Source: Raphidiopsis brookii D9 (GTDB lineage Bacteria; Cyanobacteriota; Cyanobacteriia; Cyanobacteriales; Nostocaceae). From it: a DNA stretch of 32,000 bases. Positions 10,014-19,176 of this stretch are shown piece by piece; position 1 is the first letter of the stretch; the number at the start of each line of letters is the position of its first letter. The stretch is taken from NCBI GenBank assembly GCA_000175855.1, contig ACYB01000031.1, forward strand, positions 30,001 to 62,000, in the 5' to 3' direction. Under the pieces are notes generated by a model. That model searched no databases. It was not told the DNA's origin and saw only the letters and a list, made by a program, of their open reading frames with translations. The position numbers and the translations under genes are program-made.

Positions 10014-10217
10014 TCAACTAGAAGCGCCTTTCGGCTTGGTTCCGTTGCTCCGTAACTCAGGTTCCTTGACTACTAGTCCCCAGTTAGAGATACTGTAAAA
10101 AGAGTGGCGACTCTTAATATCAGTACGAGACTTAAGAGTTTTATTCAGTTGATTCCACTGACTCCATACGTGCTTTCCATCCTTCACGGAGAGATAGGCG
10201 GTTATGGAGTCATGCAT
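10014..10217 (-). other. short ORF of unknown nature, possibly part of a decayed mobile-element region
   Basis: 67-aa ORF without recognised motifs, directly adjacent to a disrupted HTH relic. Confidence 0.25.
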
Positions 10218-10316
10218 TTTTTCTTTTCATATCGAATTTTTTCTTGGTCAGCCCAACGCCTAATTAATTGTGTATACTGAAACTCCTAATTCTTTGGCAG
10301 CATCTCCTGGTCACTA
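10214..10316 (-). pseudogene. fragment of a MerR-like/IS607-resolvase-type helix-turn-helix, frameshifted
   Basis: Minus strand reads 'PGDAAKELGVSVYTIN*' in one frame and 'RRWADQEKIRYEKKK' in another; removing one copy of tandem AATT restores 'AAKELGVSVYTIRRWADQEKIRYEKKK'. Confidence 0.55.
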
Positions 10317-10489
10317 ATTGAATCTCCTCCATATTGTTGTTTCTGATATAGTATACATTTTATTATATGGGTATTCCCGAAGATTTGCCAAGATATACCC
10401 AGATATTTTCATTCAGATACCAACCCTTACCCCCTTGTGGATAAAACTAATACCAGGTTAGCCAGCACAACAAAAATTGTCAAAAGTTT

Positions 10490-10503
10490 GTATTATAACC
10501 TAC
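10490..10503 (+). promoter_or_regulatory. candidate NtcA-binding site (GTA-N8-TAC) upstream of the LysR/NtcB-like gene
   Basis: GTA ttataacc TAC, an exact GTAN8TAC match ending 57 bp before the start codon; -10 placement only approximate. Confidence 0.4.
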
Positions 10504-10560
10504 TAAAATAATGGAATCAGAATTTTAAGTCAAAAACTTGGGATACAATTCCTGTTAATT

Positions 10561-11490
10561 ATGCGTTTAGAGCAGTTGCAAGCCTTTTTAGCGATCGCCC
10601 AAACAGGTAGTTTCCAACAAGCTGCCAAAAAATGTGGGGTTACCCAATCTACGATCAGTAGGCAAATTCAGGGTTTAGAGGCAGATTTAGGTGTGGAGTT
10701 GTTTCATAGAAACACTCATGCTAAGTTAACATTAGGTGGTGAGAGGTTGCTACCACGGGTAAAAAAAATTTGCCAGGAATGGGAATTTGCAACCCAGGAA
10801 CTAACGGATTTAATCAGCGGAAAACAACCAGAACTATGTGTTGCAGCAATCCACTCTATTTGTAGTTCCTATTTGCCAGAGGTGTTACAAATGTTTTGTC
10901 ACAACTATCCTCAAGTACAACTAAGGGTGACCTCATTAGGTAGCGATCGCTCTCTAAAAGTGTTGAAAGATGGGTTAGTAGATTTAGCAATTGTCATGTA
11001 CAATAGGTTTCTAATTACCGGTAAAGAAATGGTGGTAAAAAACCTGTATGAGGAGCCAATAGAAGTATTATTAGGAGTCAATCATCCTTTAGCGGAATTC
11101 ACGTCTATACCGTGGAAAGAACTGGTTAAATATCCCCAGGTGGTATTTAAGGATGGTTATGGAATGCAGCGATTAATTCAAGAGAAATTTGAGCAACTAG
11201 GAGCAGTATTAAAAGCAGCGTTAGAAGTAAATACCTTAGATGCTTTTCGGGGTCTAGTTAGACAAGGGGAACTAATAGCGTTATTACCGCATTCAGCCTT
11301 AATTGAAACAAAATTAGATCCGACCCTTGTGGTAATTCCCTTAGAAAACAATGATGATAACAATCATAATTTACCAGAGGATTGTAGTTTCACCCGTAGA
11401 GTGGTTATGGTGACAACCCAAGACAGGTTGAAGATACCTCCCATACAACACTTTTGGCAACTAGTAGTCGATCATATTCCTCCCCGCTGA
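10561..11490 (+). CDS. ntcB: LysR-family transcriptional regulator, NtcB-like
   Basis: 'MRLEQLQAFLAIAQTGSFQQAAKKCGVTQSTISRQIQGLEADLGVELFHR', 'GSDRSLKVLKDGLVDLAIVMYNRF', 'ALEVNTLDAFRGLVRQGELIALLPHSAL' resemble cyanobacterial NtcB; symbol is by recalled similarity. Confidence 0.72.
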   Translation: MRLEQLQAFLAIAQTGSFQQAAKKCGVTQSTISRQIQGLEADLGVELFHRNTHAKLTLGGERLLPRVKKICQEWEFATQELTDLISGKQPELCVAAIHSICSSYLPEVLQMFCHNYPQVQLRVTSLGSDRSLKVLKDGLVDLAIVMYNRFLITGKEMVVKNLYEEPIEVLLGVNHPLAEFTSIPWKELVKYPQVVFKDGYGMQRLIQEKFEQLGAVLKAALEVNTLDAFRGLVRQGELIALLPHSALIETKLDPTLVVIPLENNDDNNHNLPEDCSFTRRVVMVTTQDRLKIPPIQHFWQLVVDHIPPR

Positions 11491-11549
11491 AACTACTTAA
11501 TTTTTGTTGATGTTGCTCTTGGTTCCCAATTAACCATTATTAAATTCCT

Positions 11550-12590
11550 ATGTCCAAAATATTTAGACAATTCATCCAAAAAATCGGTAGCGGAAACCAC
11601 ACTTCAGAAAATCTCAGTCGTCAAGAAGCTTATACAGCTATGAAGATGATGTTATTAGCTGAACCTACCCCCGCACAAATAGGTGCATTTTTAATTGCCC
11701 ATCGGATTAAACGTCCTACGGGTGAAGAACTGTCAGGTATGCTAGATGCTTATGATGAACTGGGTCCGAAATTGGCACTAACTAACTATGATGAAGATCC
11801 CATAGTTTTTGGTATACCCTATGATGGTAGAGTCCGCACAGCTCCAGTTAATATCATTACTACTTTATTGTTGACAGCAGCGGGTAAACCTGTAATCATG
11901 CACGGAGGCGATCGCTATCCCACAAAATATGGTTTACCCCTGGTAGAAATTTGGCAAAACTTAGGAATTAATTGGGCTAAGGTATGCTTAGAAAGAAATC
12001 AAAAAATATTTAACACGACCGGTATTGGTTTTATACATACAAATAGTCATTTCAACTTAACTAAAAGTCTTTGGGAATATAGAGAACAACTAGGGAAACG
12101 TCCACCACTGGCAACAATGGAATTAATTTGGTGTCCTTATGTAGGTAATGCCCATATTATTGCTGGGTTTGTTCATCCTCCCACAGAAGGGATGTTGCAA
12201 GCAGCTTTAGAGATGAGAGGAGTGAAACAATATACCTTTATTAAAGGTTTGGAAGGTAGTACAGATTTACCAAAAGATCGGACTGCAATTATTGGCACAT
12301 CCTGCTTTGATCCCCAAGAATTAAAAAGACTGAATTTGGCATCCCGCGACTATGAATTCAGCAGTAAGAATGTACCCTTACATAGTACAGAGCAGCTAAT
12401 AATAGATCTCAAATCCATTATTCGAGGAGAAAGCAATGAGTTGATGGAGACAGCTATTTGGAACGGAGCTTTTTACTTATGGCACAGTGGTATTAGTTCA
12501 GATATGTCAGCAGGAATAGATAAAGCTAGAGAATTACTCCATAGTGGTCTAGTAGCTGCTAAACTGGACCAGTTACTCCAGCTCCTCTAA
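11550..12590 (+). CDS. anthranilate phosphoribosyltransferase-like protein (TrpD2/glycosyl transferase family 3)
   Basis: '[50 protein letters not shown]' (N-terminal helical domain) and '[26 protein letters not shown]'; lacks the canonical GTGGD of TrpD. Confidence 0.82.
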   Translation: MSKIFRQFIQKIGSGNHTSENLSRQEAYTAMKMMLLAEPTPAQIGAFLIAHRIKRPTGEELSGMLDAYDELGPKLALTNYDEDPIVFGIPYDGRVRTAPVNIITTLLLTAAGKPVIMHGGDRYPTKYGLPLVEIWQNLGINWAKVCLERNQKIFNTTGIGFIHTNSHFNLTKSLWEYREQLGKRPPLATMELIWCPYVGNAHIIAGFVHPPTEGMLQAALEMRGVKQYTFIKGLEGSTDLPKDRTAIIGTSCFDPQELKRLNLASRDYEFSSKNVPLHSTEQLIIDLKSIIRGESNELMETAIWNGAFYLWHSGISSDMSAGIDKARELLHSGLVAAKLDQLLQLL

Positions 12591-12963
12591 TATAGAAATG
12601 ATCATAGTTTCCTACTTCTAGGATTTGATTCTTCTCGTTGACAATTACCACCCTAGGAGAATACTCTTTTAACTCTTCTGCGGTAAATTGCCCATAGGTC
12701 ATTATAATTAGGCGATCGCCCGTTACACCCAATCTAGCCGCTGCTCCATTTAACTCAATAATTCCCGAGTTAGCTGGTGCTGAAATCGCATAAGTAATAA
12801 ACCGCTTTCCATTGTTCTTGTTAACCACTTGTACCTGCTCGTATGGTAGAATACCAGCTTCCTGCAAAAGAACTAGGTCAATACTTATACTACCCACATA
12901 ATTAACATTCGTACCTGTTAGGGTACAGTTGTGAAGTTTCGCTAAAAGTAGAGTACGCTGCAT
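12559..12963 (-). CDS. panD: aspartate 1-decarboxylase
   Basis: '[29 protein letters not shown]' with Gly-Ser self-cleavage site, '[15 protein letters not shown]', '[19 protein letters not shown]'. Confidence 0.94.
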   Translation of the reverse strand: MQRTLLLAKLHNCTLTGTNVNYVGSISIDLVLLQEAGILPYEQVQVVNKNNGKRFITYAISAPANSGIIELNGAAARLGVTGDRLIIMTYGQFTAEELKEYSPRVVIVNEKNQILEVGNYDHFYIRGAGVTGPV

Positions 12964-13113
12964 TTCCTTAAGATTTGTTTGCCAACATATATAGGGGTAT
13001 AAAGGAAAAAGGTGGGCAAAAAAACGAAAAAAAGTGCTAAGTTGGGACTGAAGTAGTGCGCAAAAGCCTCTTTTTTGTTTTCCACATCCACCAAAGAACC
13101 TGTTTTTGCGTCC

Positions 13114-13623
13114 CTACTTAGCAGCAGCGACACACTTTTGCACTAAAGGTGCAACCTTATCCGCATCATGCCAACCGAGAATTTGTGTTACCTTCTTCTC
13201 CAAATTTTTATAACTGCGGAAAAACTCGGCAATTTCTTCCAACCTATGGGGAGGAATATCCTTCAGCGAGTTTACATGGGCATAGCGAGGATCCTTGACA
13301 GGAACACAAAGGATTTTTTCATCCCGTTCACCACCATCAATCATTTCCAGAAACCCAATAGGTCTAGCTGGAATCACGCAACCAGGGGAAGTAGGTTCAT
13401 CCATGATCACCATGCCATCCAAGGGGTCTCCATCCTCAGCTAGGGTGTTAGGAATAAAACCATAGTCATAAGGGTATTTGACGGAAGAATAAAGCACTCG
13501 GTCCAAGGCAAAAGCATTTAATTCCTTATCAAATTCGTATTTATTCTGACTCCCACCAGCAATTTCAATCAGCACATTAATCACACCTGGTTTAGGTTGA
13601 GCAGGAATAAGAGATAAATCCAC
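13114..13623 (-). CDS. ppa: inorganic pyrophosphatase
   Basis: '[56 protein letters not shown]' is the family I soluble PPase signature. Confidence 0.95.
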   Translation of the reverse strand: MDLSLIPAQPKPGVINVLIEIAGGSQNKYEFDKELNAFALDRVLYSSVKYPYDYGFIPNTLAEDGDPLDGMVIMDEPTSPGCVIPARPIGFLEMIDGGERDEKILCVPVKDPRYAHVNSLKDIPPHRLEEIAEFFRSYKNLEKKVTQILGWHDADKVAPLVQKCVAAAK

Positions 13624-13965
13624 AACAAAACTCCCGTACTAACAGTTAATTTATTTGGAACCAGAGGTTCTCTTGCTAGATCTTAGGATAATAGTGCTAT
13701 GTTCACATCCTTTTTGAGAAATCTCATCTTAATATCTGGTTAGGTGTTAGACAAGTTAGTAGACGGGCCATTTGAATCCATAAAAAGTTTGGTTTGGGTT
13801 TTCCCTACTGGTTCCACTCTTCTTGTTTAAAAGAGAGTTTCCCCCCCCATTCTAGCTACTTTTCTTGGTTTGGGTCAGTGGTTTTAAAAAACTTAATTCC
13901 CCACCTTACTTTTAATAAAGTCTTGAACCTATTAATAATCTATCAGAATTTACTAGAAGTAAAGC

Positions 13966-14745
13966 TTATTGAGGAACACATGTGGAATTAAATCCGTATA
14001 CCTCTGGCCACTTTTCTACTGTACCCTTACCAAGGGGAATAATTCTAGCATCACCATTTTCAAATCTTAAGCGAATCCGTATTTCTTTTGGTTGTGCGCT
14101 TCTTAGTAAGTTGGCAGTGCCTTGATCTACTGCAAAAAGAGTATTAGCCATGTACCAATTGCTAGATATTTTCTTCCCAGAGTTTTGTGCTGGCTGATTG
14201 TTTCCACCAAATAAAAGGCTACCTATCAAATTACCTACACTAGTTCCTCCTCCTTCAGTATAGGTATAATCAACCTTAAATCCTCTCACCTTGGTACTTG
14301 GGTTGCGTTCCAGTTCTATGATTTGATTATTAACTCCTATCTCTAGGGTTTTGGGAACTAATTGCTGTAATTCCGCTTGACCATCATCGGGTGATTTTTG
14401 CACCACCACTTGTAAAAAACATCCATCCAGATTGCTTCCCCAAAGGGAAACAATCACAAACCTACCTGGAAAAGGATTGGAAAATGGTCCACCTAAACCA
14501 CTTGGACCCTCTCCGTGTCGGTCTATAACAACCTTACCTGCAATAGAATCAACCAAAGAATCCTTAATATTGGCTACTTGACTAAAGGGGAAACCACCCG
14601 CACCCCAGGGTATTCCCTTGGCTATATTTAAACTATCCTGATCTATGACAACTTGAGCTTGAGCGATCGCCTGTTGCTGACTAGTATAAAAACAACCTAA
14701 AACGAGCATCACTGATGAAACAGCACTTAAACAACTCTTCCACAT
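13966..14745 (-). CDS. predicted secreted protein of unknown function; start revised from 14856
   Basis: 'MWKSCLSAVSSVMLVLGCFYTSQQQAIAQAQ' is signal-peptide-like; upstream extension in the supplied ORF overlaps the protease gene. Confidence 0.65.
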   Translation of the reverse strand: MWKSCLSAVSSVMLVLGCFYTSQQQAIAQAQVVIDQDSLNIAKGIPWGAGGFPFSQVANIKDSLVDSIAGKVVIDRHGEGPSGLGGPFSNPFPGRFVIVSLWGSNLDGCFLQVVVQKSPDDGQAELQQLVPKTLEIGVNNQIIELERNPSTKVRGFKVDYTYTEGGGTSVGNLIGSLLFGGNNQPAQNSGKKISSNWYMANTLFAVDQGTANLLRSAQPKEIRIRLRFENGDARIIPLGKGTVEKWPEVYGFNSTCVPQ

Positions 14746-14782
14746 AGTATTCTCCAAATGTGTAATCTTAAATTTTGCAAAT

Positions 14783-15696
14783 TTAACAAACAGTACCCGG
14801 GCAAACTGCTGGTCCAGTGGGCGCCTTGTATCTAGTAGGTCTTCTGGGAGGATCACCTGGAGCTACTGGAGGAGGGGGGATGACCACTTGTCCACCACCT
14901 GTGGGTGGTTGTCGACCTGTCAACGAGAAAAAGGTGTTAATAGGAACACCCGCATTAAACCCTGTCTTTCCTCCGGATGATACCCCTGTTTCTTGTCCAG
15001 TTGCGTCCCTAATGCTTGGACGTTTAGATGCACAAGGCCCGTCAACCGTACCACCAATATCTGCTAATCCGTGAATGCCAACAACCCTACCGTAAGCATC
15101 AAACACCGGTCCACCACTATTACCAATAGAAGTCTGGGCATTATATACCAATCTGTAACCCCACTGAGCTTTACGTAGAACATCACTAGTTAATTTACCA
15201 TCAGTGGTATTAAATGTTCTATCCTTACCCTTGTTACCAAAAATAGCAGGGAATCCAGCTACAATCACATCAGCACCCCTTTTCACCTGATCCGAATTCC
15301 CCAAAATGGCTACCGAGTAATTTTCCTCTGCTTCAAAAGTCACCGTTGCTAAATCTGCTCCGCACTCATCCTTCTGCAACACTTGCCGATCTTTAATTGG
15401 ATATTCTCTACCCGTATTAGTCTGAATGGTGTAAGTGGCATCGGTTGCGCACCTTACCTTATTTTTTGTCCACAGTGGTCCATCACAGACAACATGATTT
15501 GCGGTTAACACAGTGTAAATTTTACCTACTTTATCAATAATTACACCTGATCCGCCTGGATGCACATTGCTATTGATTTTAACTGTGGTTTTTCCGCTAT
15601 TTCTCCTACTCCCCCTGATCCTAGTGACACCCGCATCCCAGTAAGTATAACAACTAAAAGAGCAAATCCTGACACCATGTAATTTTTTACTGGCAT
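14783..15696 (-). pseudogene. S1-type (trypsin-like) serine protease with signal peptide, split by an apparent one-base frameshift
   Basis: Body ORF 14783..15565: 'YTVLTANHVVCDG', 'CGADLATVTF', 'AQTSIGNSGGPVFD'. N-terminus in ORF 15541..15729: 'MPVKNYMVSGFALLVVILTGMRVSLGSGGVGEIAEK'. Adding one A to the coding-strand A5 run (plus 15589-15593) joins them as '...EIAEKTTVKINSNVHPGGSGVII...'. Confidence 0.75.
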
Positions 15697-15864
15697 CACT
15701 GGTATTTGATTAAGTAAACCCCTGTTCATGGCCAGTTAGAACCTCAACTTTACCCTAACCACATTATATGACTTACACACAAGATTTGTCACCTACTTTA
15801 TCTTTTTATTTTTTTTCCTCTCACTTCACACTCTCATAAGTCCCCACTCCCACCCTTTTGGCTT

Positions 15865-16851
15865 TTAACCTCGACTGTAAGCACCCATTGGTTCCTTGAT
15901 AAACCGGATATAAAGATGTTTGAAAGTTGACTTAATTACACGGGGCATAGCAAAATCAATGGGCATTAAATTATCAGGTAATCGCCAGTCCTCTATTTGT
16001 AACAAATCCGGAGATAGATGGGGAAATTCTATATCAGTCAATTCAGGACAAATACCCAAATTTTGGGCAGCTACCATAGTAGGTACTTGCATGGGATCAA
16101 CCTTGAGTATTTCTAATACTGCTCGGTCTAGGGCAAACACATTCTCTGATGCACCTAAAACACCTAGCTCGCGGGGTTCACCACCACTAGGTCCATTACC
16201 TTCATGACCAATAATCCCATCCAAAATAGTCAAGCTAGGATTAATTGCTCTAGCAGTTTCTACCAACATTTCTCCGAATTTTTTGGCATCTTTACCTGCT
16301 TCCATGTGCCACCAAGCTTTCATCTTTCCTGGAACACAACCAAACAGATTCTTTACTCCCATAGTCACTGTTAATTGCATATGGGATTTCACTTTTGGTA
16401 AATTAATAATGACATCTGTTTCCATGGCTTCTTTTGATAAAAGCAGATGATTAAATTCATAGCTTTTTCCAGAACCCTCAGGACAGGTATAACGTTGACC
16501 ACGAAATTCCACAATGGGAATGTTCAACTCCTCTAAAATTGGCAACAATCCATTAGCTCTGGCCACACCCTTGGCAGTACCAAAAGCTGGACTGTCTCCT
16601 AAAAAAGGTTTTCCACCAGCCTCTATCACTTGCTGCGCAACAGCGCGAATCAGTTCTGGACGAGTGGTACATTCCTTGGTGGGTCGAGCACCTGTTAATA
16701 AATTGGGTTTCAATAGTACCCGGTTTCCAGGTTTAACGAAAGCTCCTATTCCCCCCAAGGGATCTAATAGGGTAGTTAGGGATTCTTTTAAAGCATCCTG
16801 TTGGTAGGATGTGGCTCTAATTAAACTAACTTGTGGTTTTGTTGTCAGCAT
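15865..16851 (-). CDS. DUF362 domain-containing protein
   Basis: 'VKPGNRVLLKPNLLTGARPTKECTTRPELIRAVAQQVIEAG', 'DVIINLPKVKSHMQLTVTMGVKNLFGCVPG', 'LTILDGIIGHEGNGPSGG'. Confidence 0.87.
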   Translation of the reverse strand: MLTTKPQVSLIRATSYQQDALKESLTTLLDPLGGIGAFVKPGNRVLLKPNLLTGARPTKECTTRPELIRAVAQQVIEAGGKPFLGDSPAFGTAKGVARANGLLPILEELNIPIVEFRGQRYTCPEGSGKSYEFNHLLLSKEAMETDVIINLPKVKSHMQLTVTMGVKNLFGCVPGKMKAWWHMEAGKDAKKFGEMLVETARAINPSLTILDGIIGHEGNGPSGGEPRELGVLGASENVFALDRAVLEILKVDPMQVPTMVAAQNLGICPELTDIEFPHLSPDLLQIEDWRLPDNLMPIDFAMPRVIKSTFKHLYIRFIKEPMGAYSRG

Positions 16852-16943
16852 AAGTTAAGGAGTGATTAATTGGTTTTAGTTAATTCATTTTAAATTGATT
16901 GTAAAAGGGAGTTTCAGGTTTACCCAGCTCCCCCCGCAAAAAA

Positions 16944-18350
16944 CTAGGAAAGTGGCACAATAGTACTCATTTGTTCCAAATCTAAAACCAAGGCCAGTTG
17001 TTCTTCAGTCATTAGACCCTTTTCTAAAACAATTTGTCTTAGAGATTTCCCGGTTTGCAAGGACTCCTTGGCTACAGCAGCAGCATTTAAATAACCAATA
17101 TGAGTATTTAACGCTGTAACTAAAGCTAAGCTTCCCTCAGCATAACCTAAACATCTTTCCCTGTTGGCAATAATACCCTGAATACAATTATCTGTCAAAG
17201 CTCCAATTGTATTACCTAGTATTTCAATACTATGAATTAAATTATAGGCTATAAGCGGCATCATCACATTTAATTCTAATTGTCCCGCTTGGGCAGCAAG
17301 AGCGATCGCCTGGTCATATCCCATCACCTGAAAACAAACCATAGATGTCATTTCTGCTATAACTGGATTATACTTACCTGGCATAATCGAAGATCCTGGT
17401 TGCACAGGAGGTAATTGAATCTCTTTGAATCCGGTTTTAGGTCCAGAATCCATCAAGCGTAAATCATGGGAGATTTTGACCATATCTTGTGCTAGATTAC
17501 GCACTGCACCAGAAGTATTAACAAACGCTCCCATACTTTGCATAACAGCCATTAAATGGGGTGCTGGTTCCAGGGGAATTTCTAATAATTGGGAAAGCAC
17601 TTCCACTACCCGTTTGCGGTATTCGGGGTGAGTGTTCATTCCCGTACCAGCTGCACTTCCCCCTAAACCCAAGACCATCAAATCCCCAGAAGCAGTGTAT
17701 ATACGATTTTGATGTTCACTAAGAATATGGGACCAAGCTCGAAAATTCTCTCCTAACCGCACTGGAACCGCATCCTGAAGGTGGGTTCTTCCCGATTTAA
17801 CAATGTCTTGAAATTCCACTGCTTTTGCTTCTAGGGTGGCAATTGCCTTTTCTAATACGGGATGTAGGGTTTGGGTTAAGGCCAATAAACCACCCAGTCT
17901 AATAGCTGTAGGAATGACATCATTGGTAGACTGACCATAGTTAACATGATCGTTAGGACTAACCCGCTGGTAATTTCCTTTCTCATCCCCCAAAATCTCT
18001 AGGGCTCGATTGGCTAGAACTTCGTTAATGTTCATGTGGTGAGATGTACCTGCTCCTGCTTGGTAAACATCTACTACAAACTGATCTCGTAATTTCCCCC
18101 CTAGTATTTCGTCTGTCGCTTGAACTATGGCTTTACTTATATCTAATGGGATACAATTTAACTCACCGTTAACTATTGCAGTTGCTTTCTTAATGTATAC
18201 ACAGGCATCTACATAGCTGGCTAGTGGCTTGATTCCACTTATGGGGAAGTTCTCCAGGGCCCGTTGGGTTTGGATCCCATAATATACGCTATTGGGAATT
18301 TGCCGATCGCCCATGGAATCCCGTTCAATGCGAAAATCTATATTACTCAT
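16944..18350 (-). CDS. aspA: aspartate ammonia-lyase
   Basis: 'RIERDSMGDRQIPNSVYYGIQTQRALENFPISG', 'AGAGTSHHMNINEVLANRALE', 'GSSIMPGKYNPV'; fumarase/aspartase superfamily. Confidence 0.9.
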   Translation of the reverse strand: MSNIDFRIERDSMGDRQIPNSVYYGIQTQRALENFPISGIKPLASYVDACVYIKKATAIVNGELNCIPLDISKAIVQATDEILGGKLRDQFVVDVYQAGAGTSHHMNINEVLANRALEILGDEKGNYQRVSPNDHVNYGQSTNDVIPTAIRLGGLLALTQTLHPVLEKAIATLEAKAVEFQDIVKSGRTHLQDAVPVRLGENFRAWSHILSEHQNRIYTASGDLMVLGLGGSAAGTGMNTHPEYRKRVVEVLSQLLEIPLEPAPHLMAVMQSMGAFVNTSGAVRNLAQDMVKISHDLRLMDSGPKTGFKEIQLPPVQPGSSIMPGKYNPVIAEMTSMVCFQVMGYDQAIALAAQAGQLELNVMMPLIAYNLIHSIEILGNTIGALTDNCIQGIIANRERCLGYAEGSLALVTALNTHIGYLNAAAVAKESLQTGKSLRQIVLEKGLMTEEQLALVLDLEQMSTIVPLS

Positions 18351-18476
18351 AATTACTCACATAGTTAATGATAGCTTATTGGAGATTTCCTGTATGTGAT
18401 ACTATAGTAGTATTAGGATCCTCCTTTTCCATTTGTTTACTTCAAGGTGAAACATACCTGAATACCCGTTAACAAA

Positions 18477-19169
18477 TTGTCTAACACACTACTAATCGCC
18501 GGAACTGACACAGGTGCTGGCAAGACCCTACTAACCTGTTCTATAGCGTCTTACTGGGTAAAATACTTTCCCCAAAGTCGCTTGGGAATTATGAAACCCT
18601 TACAGTCTGGTATAGGTGATAAAGAAACCTATCAGTCACTTTTTAACTTGGATCAGTCCGAGGAAGAAATTACCCCTTTGTATTTTCAAGCACCCTTGGC
18701 ACCTCCAATTGCTGCGGCCAAGGAAAATCGCACTATTGATTTGGGTTTGGTTTGGCGAACTTTTCTCAAATTACAAAGGGAACGGGATTTTTTACTGGTG
18801 GAGTCCCTCGGGGGTTTAGGTTCACCCGTAACGGATGAATTGACCGTGGCTGATTTGGCGGGGGAATGGCGCTTACCAACGGTTCTGGTTGTTCCTGTTA
18901 GGTTAGGTGCTATTGCCCAAGCTGTGGCTAATGCAGCTTTGGCTAGACAAGCCAAAATAAACTTATTGGGGATTGTTTTGAATTGTAACCAACCTCGTTC
19001 GGAAGAAGAAATGAGTGATTTAACGCCAACCCATTTAATCGAGTCTTTAACTAACTTTCCGGTTTTAGGTTGTTTACCATACCTAGAGGATGTGAATGAC
19101 TTAGAAGCACTGGCTGAACTTGGATCCAACTTGACAATTCCTGTATGGTCTGGATTGCAGGTTGGCTGA
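18477..19169 (+). CDS. bioD: ATP-dependent dethiobiotin synthetase (TTG start)
   Basis: 'NTLLIAGTDTGAGKTLLTCSIASY', 'GIMKPLQSG', 'VESLGGLGSPVTDELTVADLA'. Confidence 0.92.
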   Translation: MSNTLLIAGTDTGAGKTLLTCSIASYWVKYFPQSRLGIMKPLQSGIGDKETYQSLFNLDQSEEEITPLYFQAPLAPPIAAAKENRTIDLGLVWRTFLKLQRERDFLLVESLGGLGSPVTDELTVADLAGEWRLPTVLVVPVRLGAIAQAVANAALARQAKINLLGIVLNCNQPRSEEEMSDLTPTHLIESLTNFPVLGCLPYLEDVNDLEALAELGSNLTIPVWSGLQVG

Positions 19170-19176
19170 GTTTGGT

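Noticed and set aside
10368-10401. TGGGTAT...ATACCCA inverted repeat in the ntcB-like upstream region
   Set aside because: Seven-bp arms separated by 20 bp in AT-rich sequence are easily produced by chance; no matching element ends found.
12942-13133. 63-aa minus-strand ORF between ppa and panD
   Set aside because: Overlaps the end of ppa and start of panD, no motif, low-complexity hydrophobic end; likely chance ORF.
13794-13991. 65-aa plus-strand ORF in the ppa/secreted-protein gap
   Set aside because: Unstructured composition and overlap with the end of the secreted gene; no coding support.
14817-15074. 85-aa proline-rich ORF opposite the protease
   Set aside because: Mirrors the proline/glycine-rich C-terminus of the protease on the other strand.
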